This document shows, piece by piece, positions 1 to 9,399 of a stretch of DNA of 64,000 nucleotides; the stretch's first letter is position 1, and every line of letters starts with the position of its first letter. The position numbers and the translations under genes are program-made. The stretch lies in contig CAVVNQ010000021.1 in NCBI GenBank assembly GCA_963749705.1, forward strand, positions 18,094-82,093, written 5' to 3'. The notes beneath the pieces are model-generated. The model made no database searches. It was given only the letters and a program-made list of their open reading frames with translations, and was not told where the DNA came from. The DNA comes from an uncultured Chloroflexia bacterium. GTDB taxonomy: Bacteria > Chloroflexota > Limnocylindria > Limnocylindrales > CSP1-4.

Positions 1-873
1 GCCGGCGCGATCTTCCTGTGGATCCCCAACCTGAGCGTTGCGGTGATGCTCGTCATCCTCGCCGCCGCGCTGGTGTTCGGCGTGACCATGACCCTCCCGA
101 TCGGCGGCGCGGACATGCCGGTCGTCATCAGCCTCCTGAACTCGTTCACCGGCACGGCCGTGGCGATGGCCGGGTTCGTGCTCAACAACCCGGTCCTGAT
201 CATCGCCGGAGCCCTCGTCGGGGCGTCGGGCGCGATCCTGACCAAGCTGATGGCCGACGCGATGAACCGCTCGGTGCTCAACATCATGATCGGCGGCTTC
301 GGCGGCGGCGAAGGCACCGTCGGTGCCGCGGGCGGAGCCGGTGGCAGCGTCCGGGAGCTGGGCGTCGATGACGCGGCGATCCAGCTGGCCTATGCATCGT
401 CGGTCATCGTGGTCCCGGGCTACGGGCTCGCGGTGGCGCAGGCGCAGCACGCGTGCCGCGAGCTCGGCGAGCTGCTCGAGACCCGGGGCGTGGACGTGAA
501 GTACGCGATCCACCCCGTCGCCGGCCGGATGCCGGGTCACATGAACGTCCTGCTCGCGGAGGCGAACGTCCCGTATCCCCAGCTCAAGGAGATGGAGGAC
601 ATCAACCCGGAGTTCGACCGGTGCGATGTCGCCCTGGTCATCGGCGCCAACGACGTGACGAACCCGGCCGCCCGACGGCCCGGATCGCCCGTCTCCGGGA
701 TGCCGATCCTGGACGTGGACCACGCCAAGAACATCATCGTGATCAAGCGCTCGATGGGTCGCGGCTACGCGGGCATCGACAACGAGCTGTACGGAAACCC
801 CAAGACCGGGATGCTGTTCGCCGACGCCAAGGCCGGCCTGAACGACCTGATCGCGGCGGTCAAGGCGCTGTAG
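1..873 (+). CDS. pntB: NAD(P) transhydrogenase subunit beta (5'-truncated by the window edge)
   Basis: Motifs PIGGADMPVVISLLNS, VPGYGLAVAQAQH, HPVAGRMPGHMNVLLAEA and GANDVTNP. The frame is open from base 1. Confidence 0.97.
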   Translation, partial: AGAIFLWIPNLSVAVMLVILAAALVFGVTMTLPIGGADMPVVISLLNSFTGTAVAMAGFVLNNPVLIIAGALVGASGAILTKLMADAMNRSVLNIMIGGFGGGEGTVGAAGGAGGSVRELGVDDAAIQLAYASSVIVVPGYGLAVAQAQHACRELGELLETRGVDVKYAIHPVAGRMPGHMNVLLAEANVPYPQLKEMEDINPEFDRCDVALVIGANDVTNPAARRPGSPVSGMPILDVDHAKNIIVIKRSMGRGYAGIDNELYGNPKTGMLFADAKAGLNDLIAAVKAL

Positions 874-957
874 GCGACCGCGTCGATCCGGCACCTGGAT
901 CATCGGCCCCGGCGCCAGCGCCGGGGCCGTTCCATGCGGCGAACCGGCGATCTGCGG

Positions 958-986
958 CCTCATTGCAACTCTCAGACAGCTTGAAG
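958..986 (+). promoter_or_regulatory. Possible OmpR-family (MprA/CssR-like) direct-repeat box upstream of htrA
   Basis: CCTCAT-N6-TCTCAG-N5-TTGAAG in an AT-richer patch about 175 bp upstream of an HtrA gene. TCTCAG repeats are the MprA box type. Confidence 0.3.
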
Positions 987-1161
987 GCTGCGCGGCCTAT
1001 GTTCGCTGCGTGCTACCAACATGAGCAGCCGTCCGTGGCCGGAGGCCGAACCGCCTCGAACGGATGGCGAGCACGCGGCCATCGTGCCGCAGGCGGGCTG
1101 TGACCCACGCAGGAGCTGATCCGAACCCGCCGGCGGGATGCCCGCGAGATCGGAGATGCCG

Positions 1162-2337
1162 ATGCAAGACACGATCCTCCCGACACGACGCGGCCACTCG
1201 GCCGCCACCACGCCCGCGACCGGACATCGCCATCGGAGCGCGGGCCTGCCCAGACGGCTGATCGGTGCCCTCGCGGCGACATTGGTGATCGCCGCAGCCT
1301 GCGGGTCGAGCTCGGGCTCGCCCGCGGCGTCCCCCTCGGCCCCCGCGTCGACGGCGGGAACCACGCCCACCGGTCTCGTCGCCACGCCCGGCGCGACATC
1401 GTCGTCGGGCAACCTGCCGGGCGGGCCTGCCGGCGGCAACGGGCTTGCCCAGCTGCAGCAGGACTACGAGTCGGTCGTCCAGCGGGTCTCGCCATCCGTC
1501 GTGGTCATCCAGACGCAGGCCGGGCTCGGCTCGGGGATCGTGCTCGACGCCAACGGTGACATCGTGACCAATGCCCACGTCGTCGACGGATCCTCCACAT
1601 TCGACGTCACCCTCGCCGACGGCCGCCAGTTCAAGGGGACGCTGGTCGGCACGTTCGCGGCCAACGACATCGCCGTGCTCTCGATCCACGCGACCGGCCT
1701 CCAGCCGGCAACCTTCGCCGATTCGTCCACGCTCCAGGTCGGCGAGATCGTCATGGCGGTCGGCAATCCGCTGGGCCTCCAGACGAGCGTCACGCAGGGC
1801 ATCATCAGCGCGCTCGGCCGCACCGTGACCGAGCCTGGTGGGGTCACCCTGCCCGGCACCATCCAGACCAGCGCTGCGATCAACCCGGGCAACAGCGGAG
1901 GTGCCCTGGTCGACATCAAGGGCGATGTCGTCGGGATCCCGACGCTCGCCGCCGTCGACCAGCAGCTCGGCGGTTCGGCGCCCGGAATCGGCTTCGCGAT
2001 CCCGAGCAACGACGCCAAGGACTTCGCCGGCCAGCTGATCGCCTCGGGCAAGGTCACGAATTCGCATCGCGCCTATCTCGGGATCCGCGCCGCCAACATC
2101 ACCGGGACGCAGGGCGTCCTCGTGTACGGGATCGATCCCGGCGGGCCGGCCGCCAAGGCCGGGATCCAGCGAGGCGAGCTGATCACGAGCATCGACGGAA
2201 AGGCGACACCGGACAGCAACGCGCTGTCGATGGTGCTCGCGAGCCTCGAGCCGGGGAACACCGTGCCCGTGGTGGTGGTGACGTCGAACGGCAGCCAGAC
2301 CACGGTCCAGGTCACGCTCGGCCAGATCCCAGGCTGA
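1162..2337 (+). CDS. htrA: HtrA/DegP-family serine protease with one PDZ domain, probable lipoprotein
   Basis: GSG..IVTNAHVV, DIAVL, IQTSAAINPGNSGG, C-terminal PDZ, lipobox IAAAC. GGAG precedes the ATG at 1162. Confidence 0.93.
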   Translation: MQDTILPTRRGHSAATTPATGHRHRSAGLPRRLIGALAATLVIAAACGSSSGSPAASPSAPASTAGTTPTGLVATPGATSSSGNLPGGPAGGNGLAQLQQDYESVVQRVSPSVVVIQTQAGLGSGIVLDANGDIVTNAHVVDGSSTFDVTLADGRQFKGTLVGTFAANDIAVLSIHATGLQPATFADSSTLQVGEIVMAVGNPLGLQTSVTQGIISALGRTVTEPGGVTLPGTIQTSAAINPGNSGGALVDIKGDVVGIPTLAAVDQQLGGSAPGIGFAIPSNDAKDFAGQLIASGKVTNSHRAYLGIRAANITGTQGVLVYGIDPGGPAAKAGIQRGELITSIDGKATPDSNALSMVLASLEPGNTVPVVVVTSNGSQTTVQVTLGQIPG

Positions 2338-2480
2338 GATTTCGGCGCCGCCGGTCCGGGTTCGGCGGCCGGCGCCGGCGCGGCGGCGCGGGGTTGAGCG
2401 CGGGTCAGGGGTTGGGCGCCCGTGCGGGGATCTGCGCCGGCGCGCCGCGTCCCCCGTGCGTGCCCGGTCGATCGCGATCG

Positions 2481-2614
2481 ATGTCATTCAGTCCCGAGGC
2501 GGCTGTTCGACACCGAGTCCCGGTCAGATAGTACCTACACGACCAGGTGACCCTCGAATCGGCCTCGCTCGCCTCGAAGCGTCGCCGAGCAATCGCCTGA
2601 GTACTGGATGACAC
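2481..2614. ncRNA. Candidate structured non-coding RNA (long irregular stem with an internal hairpin)
   Basis: 2482-2511 pairs with 2584-2613 over about 30 bp with G-U wobbles and mismatches. Inner ggtc..gacc hairpin. Intergenic and lower in GC than the flanks. Confidence 0.4.
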
Positions 2615-2715
2615 TTTCCCGGGGTCGAAGATGGCGTCCGGGCCGGGCATCCGGCGGACGCGGGCGCCGCCGACCCGGCAGGCACCCGGCGTCGCGTCGC
2701 CATACCCTGTGAGGC

Positions 2716-3330
2716 ATGCCGCGCCGACGAACCTCCACATGGCCACGCCCGGCCAAGATCGCGTTCATCGGCTCGCACGGGATCCGCAAGACATCCGCGC
2801 TGCTGGCGTTCGCCGCCGAGGTCCAGCGAGCCGGCCGGTCGGTCGAGCTGGGCCGCGAGGTGGTCCGAGACAACCCGCTGGGGATCAACGAGGGCGCCAC
2901 CGGCGAGGCCCAGCTGTGGGTCCTCGTGTCGCAGATCCGCCAGGAGCTGGAGCTCGCGCGCAAGGCGGACGTCCTCGCGACGGACCGCGGCGTGATGGAC
3001 AACTACGCGTACTACCTCCGCGCCTGCGGGGGCGCCGACGAGTTCCACGTCGAGCCGCTGGTCCGGCGCTGGTCCGAGACCTATGACCTGGTCGTGCGCC
3101 TGCTGCCGGACGTCGCGCTCCAGGCCGACGGCGTGCGGTCCACCAGCGACGCATTCCGGGATGAGGTCGAGGGGATCCTGGACCGGGTGCTGCCGGCGCT
3201 CGTCCCGCCTGCCCACCTGGTGACGCTCCGGGCGTCCGAGGTCACCAGCCGGTTCGACTGGTTCGCGGTGCTCCAGCGGCTGGCCGGTGCCATCGGCGCC
3301 GAGGTCCGCCCGCCCGATCTCTGGACGTAG
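2716..3330 (+). CDS. P-loop NTPase, AAA_28/NadR-like nucleotide-kinase family
   Basis: KIAFIGSHGIRKTS (Walker A-like), then E..R, TDRGVMD..AY, YDLV and DGVR motifs. Confidence 0.75.
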   Translation: MPRRRTSTWPRPAKIAFIGSHGIRKTSALLAFAAEVQRAGRSVELGREVVRDNPLGINEGATGEAQLWVLVSQIRQELELARKADVLATDRGVMDNYAYYLRACGGADEFHVEPLVRRWSETYDLVVRLLPDVALQADGVRSTSDAFRDEVEGILDRVLPALVPPAHLVTLRASEVTSRFDWFAVLQRLAGAIGAEVRPPDLWT

Positions 3331-3358
3331 GGCCGGCGGTTCGCGCGATCCCGCCGAG

Positions 3359-5122
3359 CTACCACGCCTCGGGCAACGGCTCGCGGGCACGAACGAGCAG
3401 CGACACCGCCGACAGCGTGGCCGCATCGGCCTCGAGGACCACCTTCAACTCGGCCCGTCCGCGCTCGCCGTGGAGCTCGAACGTGCTGGTCGTCCGGCCG
3501 TCACCGTCGATCGGGTCACCCAGGCGCAGCGCGCCCAGCCGCGGGCCGGCGGCACGCACCGCTCGCTCCATGGCCTCGCGATCCTGCCCCTCGGCAAGGG
3601 GAAGGTCGGCCGGCCAGCCAGCGTCCGGACCGCCCGCCATGCCGACGATCCGTTCAGCCAGCGATCGAAGCTCGGCCGACGGGTCGCCGACCGGCCGCAA
3701 TGCGAGGCGCTGCAGGCGCGGGGTGGGCTCCGGGGTCACGAGGATCGACACGCGCAGCCAGCCGTGAGCCCCTCGCAGCCACCACGCCGCGTCGGCCGGT
3801 GACACCGAGACCACCGGTCGCGTTTCGTCGGGGCGGAACGGACCGAGCTCGTCGCGCAGCTTCGCAACCTCGGCCGTCCGCACCTCGCGGGGCTCGTCGA
3901 GGTCCATGTTGTCGGCGAACGCCGCGTCCGCCAGCGCATCGTCCCAGGCGTCGATGAGCCGCTCCGCGATCGGGCGCAGCCGGTCGACCGCGGGCAGGGC
4001 CGTGATGCGGCGGCGGGGCGCCAGCTCCGCTCGAACGAGATTCGCGAGGACCTCCTGGACCACCGGCCTGACCGGCGCATACCGGAGGTTGCCGAGCCCG
4101 ATGACGCCCAGCCCGGTCGCCAGATGCCAGGCCATGTTGGATCCGTACCCCGGGTAGCCGCCCGCGTGGCTGACCGTCGTGCCCAGCTCGGGATCCTGCG
4201 CCACGAACAGCCCGAACCCGTAGCCGGTTGCGGTGAGGGACGGCTCGGCGTCCGGCGCGTGCGCGACGACCATCGGCCCGATGGCGCGATGCACCTGCTG
4301 CATCTCCCGTCGCGACGCGCGCCGCAGGGGGTGCGACCCCTCGGGATCGTCGCGCGCCGGAAACGCGTCGAGGAACTCGAGCACCCAGCGGGACAGGTCG
4401 CGCACCGTCGAGAACACGCCGCCCATCGAGGCCAGCGCGCCGTACCCGTCCGTGCCCTCCCGGACGTACCCGTCGCCTCGCCGGACGTAGCCGTGGGCGA
4501 GATCGGCCTCCGCGATGTCCGCGTCGAGGTACGCGGTCGAGGTCATCCCGAGCGGGACCAGCAGCCGGTCCCGGACGACCTCGCGATACTCGCGGCCGGC
4601 GACGTTGGTGATGACGCGGCCGAGGATCCCGTAGCCCAGGTTGCTGTACTCGAACGTCGTTCCCGGTGGCCACGCGAACGACGGCCCGGCAGCCAGCAGG
4701 TCCGCGAACCGGGCGAGGTCGAGGCCCTGCTGGCGGTCGCCCCACGGATCGTCGGTCGGCAGGCCGCCCGACATCGTCATCAGCTGCCGAACCGTGACCG
4801 GAGGGCTGTCCCCGGTCGGCGGGCGCCAGCCGGCCAACTCCGGGACGTAGGTGGCAACGGGCGCGTCGAGGGCGATCCGTCCCTCGTCCCGCAGCAGGAT
4901 GAGCGTCGACGCGGTGAAGCTCTTGGTCATCGACGCGATCCGGAACACGGAATCCGCGTCGGGGCGCCGATCCTCGCCGTCGCGGATGGTCCCCGCTCCA
5001 CCGGTGTGGATCAGCTCGCCGCCGGCGACGACCCCCCAGGCCACGCCGGGGATGTGCACCTCGTCGCGGAGGCGGCGGAAACGGTCATCGAGCGCGGCAA
5101 GCGCGTGGTCGAGGTCTGGCAT
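3359..5122 (-). CDS. Serine hydrolase, beta-lactamase/AmpC-like family, with a C-terminal extension
   Basis: FRIASMTKSF (SxxK), FEYSNLGY (YxN), HAGGYPGY. Start chosen at MPDLD. Confidence 0.9.
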   Translation of the reverse strand: MPDLDHALAALDDRFRRLRDEVHIPGVAWGVVAGGELIHTGGAGTIRDGEDRRPDADSVFRIASMTKSFTASTLILLRDEGRIALDAPVATYVPELAGWRPPTGDSPPVTVRQLMTMSGGLPTDDPWGDRQQGLDLARFADLLAAGPSFAWPPGTTFEYSNLGYGILGRVITNVAGREYREVVRDRLLVPLGMTSTAYLDADIAEADLAHGYVRRGDGYVREGTDGYGALASMGGVFSTVRDLSRWVLEFLDAFPARDDPEGSHPLRRASRREMQQVHRAIGPMVVAHAPDAEPSLTATGYGFGLFVAQDPELGTTVSHAGGYPGYGSNMAWHLATGLGVIGLGNLRYAPVRPVVQEVLANLVRAELAPRRRITALPAVDRLRPIAERLIDAWDDALADAAFADNMDLDEPREVRTAEVAKLRDELGPFRPDETRPVVSVSPADAAWWLRGAHGWLRVSILVTPEPTPRLQRLALRPVGDPSAELRSLAERIVGMAGGPDAGWPADLPLAEGQDREAMERAVRAAGPRLGALRLGDPIDGDGRTTSTFELHGERGRAELKVVLEADAATLSAVSLLVRAREPLPEAW

Positions 5123-5225
5123 CCGACGATGATGCCGGGATTGAGCACGGATTGCCTGCCGGTCGACCCAGGGCGGTGCGACCGGGGTGCGACGCGACCG
5201 CCGGGTATGCTGGTCCCGGATCTGC

Positions 5226-5774
5226 ATGGAATTCGACGTCCCAGCCCAGCCGCTCCGCCAGCGTGGATGGCGCCGCGCCGTGGCCGTGGCGGTCGGGTCG
5301 ATCGCCATCATCGGCTTCGCCCTGGTGATCGCGGGCAGCCCCGCGGCGCCGCCCGACGGCTCACCCACAGCGGTTGCGGCCGATGCCGCGCCGCAGGCAA
5401 GGTCGTTGCCGACCCAGGTTGCTCATGCGACGAGCACACCGGTCATCGCACCCGACCTCCCCGCGGCGGACGCCATCCGCTGCTCGGGCCTGGATCTGGT
5501 GACCTGCTCCCAGGTTGCCCGGGCGTCGATCGGCACGCTCACCATGGCCGATGGACCCGTGACCCAGGTCTCGGTCTCGGGCAGCCTGCTGTGCGATGAC
5601 GCCGTCGCCTGCCCGGCCTCGAAGCTCGCCGCAAGCCGGCGGCTTGGCAGCGCCGTCGTCAAGCTGGGTTCCGGCGCCCAGGCGTGGGTCAACGTCGTCG
5701 GGCAAGCCCCCACCGCGGGCCGCGTCTGGGAGCCGGCCCGGACGACCGCGTGGATCGTCCGGTGGCTTCCCTGA
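5226..5774 (+). CDS. Hypothetical membrane-anchored protein with four Cys in the extracytoplasmic domain
   Basis: N-terminal TM helix (AVAVAVGSIAIIGFALVIA), Pro/Ala linker, Cys-containing domain. Confidence 0.6.
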   Translation: MEFDVPAQPLRQRGWRRAVAVAVGSIAIIGFALVIAGSPAAPPDGSPTAVAADAAPQARSLPTQVAHATSTPVIAPDLPAADAIRCSGLDLVTCSQVARASIGTLTMADGPVTQVSVSGSLLCDDAVACPASKLAASRRLGSAVVKLGSGAQAWVNVVGQAPTAGRVWEPARTTAWIVRWLP

Positions 5775-5786
5775 CGACGCGTGTCG

Positions 5787-6200
5787 CTATGCGTCCGGCC
5801 TGGGGCTGCCGATGCGAATCACCTGGAGCGCGATGAGCTCCACGATGGTCCAGCCCACGAGGGCCACCACGGCGGCGATGTCGAGGATGGCGCCACTGGC
5901 GGACATCGCGTCCGTCTGAAGGATGCCTTCGAACGGAGCCACGAACACGCCGCTGATGGTCAGGATCGTGGTCACGATGTCGTTGCCCTGGCGCGCGTCG
6001 AACGCGAGCAGGACGATGCGCAGCGCGATCACGAGCTGGACGAGGCCGAACAGCAGGGTCACCAGCCGGGCGGCAACCGTGGTCCCGGCCGGTCGTGTGG
6101 TGACCCTCTCCTCGGTATCCACCCGGCGCAGCAATTCGCGGGTCGTCGACCCGGCTGCGTGGTCTTCCACGAGCGACGAGCGCCCGATCTGATAGCTCAT
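5787..6200 (-). CDS. YggT-like small membrane protein
   Basis: TM helices, LRIVL...VAPFEGI...D.AAVVA pattern, AAGGAG RBS. Confidence 0.75.
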   Translation of the reverse strand: MSYQIGRSSLVEDHAAGSTTRELLRRVDTEERVTTRPAGTTVAARLVTLLFGLVQLVIALRIVLLAFDARQGNDIVTTILTISGVFVAPFEGILQTDAMSASGAILDIAAVVALVGWTIVELIALQVIRIGSPRPDA

Positions 6201-6497
6201 GTCATCTCCTTTGAGGGCGGTCGCGCCTGGGATCCGACCGGTGGTGGACCGGACATGTCGGATCCGTGCGCGGCGCCGGGCGGACAGGTGCGTCCGGGCA
6301 CGCGGTGGATCAGGTGGATCTCGTCAGGCAGGCGTTCGTCGTGCGTCGCGCTCGGGCGCTTCGTCCGACCGGCCGCGTCGACCTGCGGGGTGACCGAACT
6401 GCGGGATGTCAGCCCCGAGCGGGGAGCCGCGGGCGAACGTTCGTACTGGGGGTGCGCGTTCGGAGGCCGAAGAGGTCCACGGTGACGGCGCCCCGGC

Positions 6498-6554
6498 TCA
6501 TGGGCGGGCCGTTGTGAGTGCGTCGCCGTGGCGGGCTGCAGTGGTGATGGCCAA
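6498..6554 (-). CDS. Putative 18-aa small ORF (MAITTAARHGDALTTARP)
   Basis: AAGGAGGTG Shine-Dalgarno at 6567-6559, TTG start 4 nt downstream, TGA stop at 6500-6498. Confidence 0.3.
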   Translation of the reverse strand: MAITTAARHGDALTTARP

Positions 6555-6626
6555 GCTGCACCTCCTTCGTCGACCCATCCTGCGCGGCGATCTTCCGGGC
6601 GTCCATGCCGCGAGCGGCGACGGCCT

Positions 6627-6641
6627 TGCAAACCGCTTGCA
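6627..6641. promoter_or_regulatory. Palindromic operator-like site TGCAA-ACCGC-TTGCA (LacI/cre-like)
   Basis: Perfect 5-bp inverted repeat with a central CG in an intergenic region. Confidence 0.35.
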
Positions 6642-6693
6642 GCGTTGACAGGGCCTGGCGACCGAGCTGCGGCCGGGCGACCGAGCTGCCGGC

Positions 6694-7632
6694 TCAGCCC
6701 GAGGGCCCGCGAACCGCCTCCACCAGCCGGTTGAAGTAGCTGCCCACGAGGGCGAACCGCCTCGGGTACTTCTCCAGCATGTGCGCTCGCAGCGCCGGAC
6801 CGGTGAGGTACATCGCGATCGAGGTGGCGAGATCCTCCTCGAGCGTCCGCGGGTCGGGCGACGCCTCGTACGCCTTGTCCTTCTTGGCCTTCGCCTCCGG
6901 GGACCCGGTGGGGACCCATGAGGTCAGTGGCCCGGTGCTGATCGGGACGACGCTGACGTGGCCGAGGTATGCCGCGTCGCCGCCGCGATTGATCCAGCCG
7001 AATGCGAAGGCGGGAAGGCCTTCCAGCCTCGGCTCGGCGAGGATCGCCCGCAGCGTCTCCGGCGTCGCGATCGACTCGGGGTCGACGGACTTCGTGTTGT
7101 TCTCGACGAAATGGAACAGCTCGTGGATGAGCGTTGCCTTGAACTCCTCCTCCGAGGTCGCCTCGCGCTGTCCCTGGCCGGGCGGCTCGACGACCATCGT
7201 CTCACCGTAGGTCGCGTCGGTGATCTCGATGTCTGGCTGGCCCGGCTCCGGCTCGTTGTGGGTCACGCCCTCCGTCGTGGTCGACACCGACCCGTTGTCG
7301 TTGACGACCTCCCTGACGCGGGCGAGGACCGGCGTCGGCAGCTCTCCGTACGCCTGGAACATCAGCTGGATCCCAGGGTTCTGCCAGACCTCGCTGATCC
7401 ATTCCTCCTCGTCGGGGCTGAAGTCCTCGGTGAGCGGGGGAAGCGCCGTGGCCGGCTCTCGCTGGGCGACGTCCCGGACGCGCTGGACGAGCAGGGACAC
7501 CGCCCCGTTGCCGGCGGTCCGCTGCAGCTGCGCCAGGGTGTCGATGGGGTGCGCGACGGGCGCCGGACGACGGTCCGCCAGCGAGGGACGCGGATCCACC
7601 GCCGGATCGCGCGGGCGCACGCGCTCCTGCAT
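6694..7632 (-). CDS. Zinc metallopeptidase (HExxH) with an N-terminal LQRTAGNGAV leader; putative eCIS-type cargo/effector
   Basis: QLQRTAGNGAVSLLVQR...AQRE leader, TLIHELFH, downstream EEDLA...Y...YPRRF. Confidence 0.7.
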   Translation of the reverse strand: MQERVRPRDPAVDPRPSLADRRPAPVAHPIDTLAQLQRTAGNGAVSLLVQRVRDVAQREPATALPPLTEDFSPDEEEWISEVWQNPGIQLMFQAYGELPTPVLARVREVVNDNGSVSTTTEGVTHNEPEPGQPDIEITDATYGETMVVEPPGQGQREATSEEEFKATLIHELFHFVENNTKSVDPESIATPETLRAILAEPRLEGLPAFAFGWINRGGDAAYLGHVSVVPISTGPLTSWVPTGSPEAKAKKDKAYEASPDPRTLEEDLATSIAMYLTGPALRAHMLEKYPRRFALVGSYFNRLVEAVRGPSG

Positions 7633-7739
7633 GCCGGTGAGGCTAGACGGGCACTCGAAGCCCGGTCAACCCCCGTCACCGGGTGCGGTCGGTCGCACCC
7701 GAGGCGGGCGAGGAAGGTCGCCCACTGCGGCCCCGAAGC

Positions 7740-9266
7740 TCAGTCCTCGCGTCCGGCCGTCACGAACGCTGCCAGGTCCGCCGACTGCCGGAGCCGCGAC
7801 GGCTCGTGGACGTACATCATGTGGCCCGCCTCGAAGTACGAGAACGAGATGTTGGCACGCAGCTCGTCCGGGATCGGCAGGTGGGCGAACACCGCCTGGG
7901 CGGCGAAGTACGGCGTGGCGCCGTCGTAGTAGCCGCAGGCCACCTGGATCCTGAGGTGCGGGTTGGCGCGCATCGTCTCGCCCAGCCGGTCGACCACCGA
8001 CACGCTCCGGCCCTCGAACTCCTTGTAGCTCCAGGCCTGGTTCGTCGCCGACGACAGGATCTCGTACGGGAGGTCGTTCTCGTAGCCCAGCTCCTCGCGG
8101 ACGTACTGATTGACCGCCGCCGTGTATGAGCCCGCGATCGCGAGGTGCGAGGGATCGGCCGTGAAATGCTCGCGGCCGCCGTCGGGCTCCCAGCCCAGGA
8201 ACCGCCCGTCAAGGCGGCCGACCGCGCGGCGCCGGTCGCGGAGCAGCTCGGTGAAGAACCGGATGTGCTCGATCCGCAGGTTGACGCGATCGACGTAGTC
8301 GGGGCTGAGACCGGTCAGCCGGGCGAGGGTGGCGACCGCGCCGTCGCGCTCGGCCTGCGTCATCCGGCTGCCGAGTGCGAGCAGCCGGGGGTAGTCCCCC
8401 GCGGCATATGCCTCCGCTTCCGCCAGCACCTCGGCCAGTGGCCGGTCGCCGTGCAGGCCGTGGTAGTGCGCGATGGCCGCATACGTCGGGAGGTACATCG
8501 CGTGCGGGACGTCGTTCTGCTCGGTGAAGAAGATGCTCGAGAGGTCCAGCACGCTCGAGATCAGCATGAGGCCGTTGAGGTACAGCCCGTGCCGCTGCTG
8601 GAGGTGGGCCGCCAGGCCGGCGGCGCGCAGCGTCCCGTAGGACTCGCCGGCGAGGTACTTGGGGGACAGCCATCGCCCGTTGCGCGAGGTCCACAGCCGG
8701 ATGACCTCGCCCACCGACTCGATGTCGGCGGTGAAGCCGTGGTAGTCGGCCGGCTTCACGCCATCGACGGCCCGCGAGTAGCCCGTGGAGATCGGGTCGA
8801 TGAACACGATGTCGGAGTGGACGAGCAGGCTGTCCGGGTTGTCGACCAGCTCGTACGGGGGACCGACGGGCGCCCCAGCGTCCCCGGACACCACGCGCCG
8901 CGGCCCCAGCAGCCCCAGGTGGAGCCAGACGCTGGACGAGCCGGGTCCGCCGTTGAATGCGAATGTGACCGGTCGCTGCCGGGTGTCGGCCCGGTCCAGC
9001 GTGTACGCCGTCAGGAACACGCTCGCCCGCGGCTTGTAGCCCTGGACCTTGCCGTCCTCGACGACCTCCTCGCGGAGGACCATCCGTCCCGAGGTCGAGG
9101 TGTACCTGAGCCGCCGCCGTCCGACGGCGAGCGTGTGCTGGCGGGTGACGAGGTCGTCGGCCGGCTCGGGAGGCGGCACCGACGCCGCACCATCTGCGTT
9201 GCTCGTCGCGGATCCAGCGCCGGTCCCGGGCTCGGGCGACGAGGCGGGTGTGTCGGTGGTCGGCAT
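7740..9266 (-). CDS. Peptidase S10 family serine carboxypeptidase
   Basis: FNGGPGSSS, FIDPISTGYS, GESYG, GYYDGATP, AGHMMY. Confidence 0.95.
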   Translation of the reverse strand: MPTTDTPASSPEPGTGAGSATSNADGAASVPPPEPADDLVTRQHTLAVGRRRLRYTSTSGRMVLREEVVEDGKVQGYKPRASVFLTAYTLDRADTRQRPVTFAFNGGPGSSSVWLHLGLLGPRRVVSGDAGAPVGPPYELVDNPDSLLVHSDIVFIDPISTGYSRAVDGVKPADYHGFTADIESVGEVIRLWTSRNGRWLSPKYLAGESYGTLRAAGLAAHLQQRHGLYLNGLMLISSVLDLSSIFFTEQNDVPHAMYLPTYAAIAHYHGLHGDRPLAEVLAEAEAYAAGDYPRLLALGSRMTQAERDGAVATLARLTGLSPDYVDRVNLRIEHIRFFTELLRDRRRAVGRLDGRFLGWEPDGGREHFTADPSHLAIAGSYTAAVNQYVREELGYENDLPYEILSSATNQAWSYKEFEGRSVSVVDRLGETMRANPHLRIQVACGYYDGATPYFAAQAVFAHLPIPDELRANISFSYFEAGHMMYVHEPSRLRQSADLAAFVTAGRED

Positions 9267-9399
9267 GGCTTGGTCGTCTCCATCGATTGGCGCCGGACGG
9301 ACATTCGGATGTCAGCCAGAGGGTACCGGGCGCGTGAGAGGATGGTCGGGCGACGGAGGGGCACGCCCGCGATCCCGTATCCATCGGAGGCCCACAACC

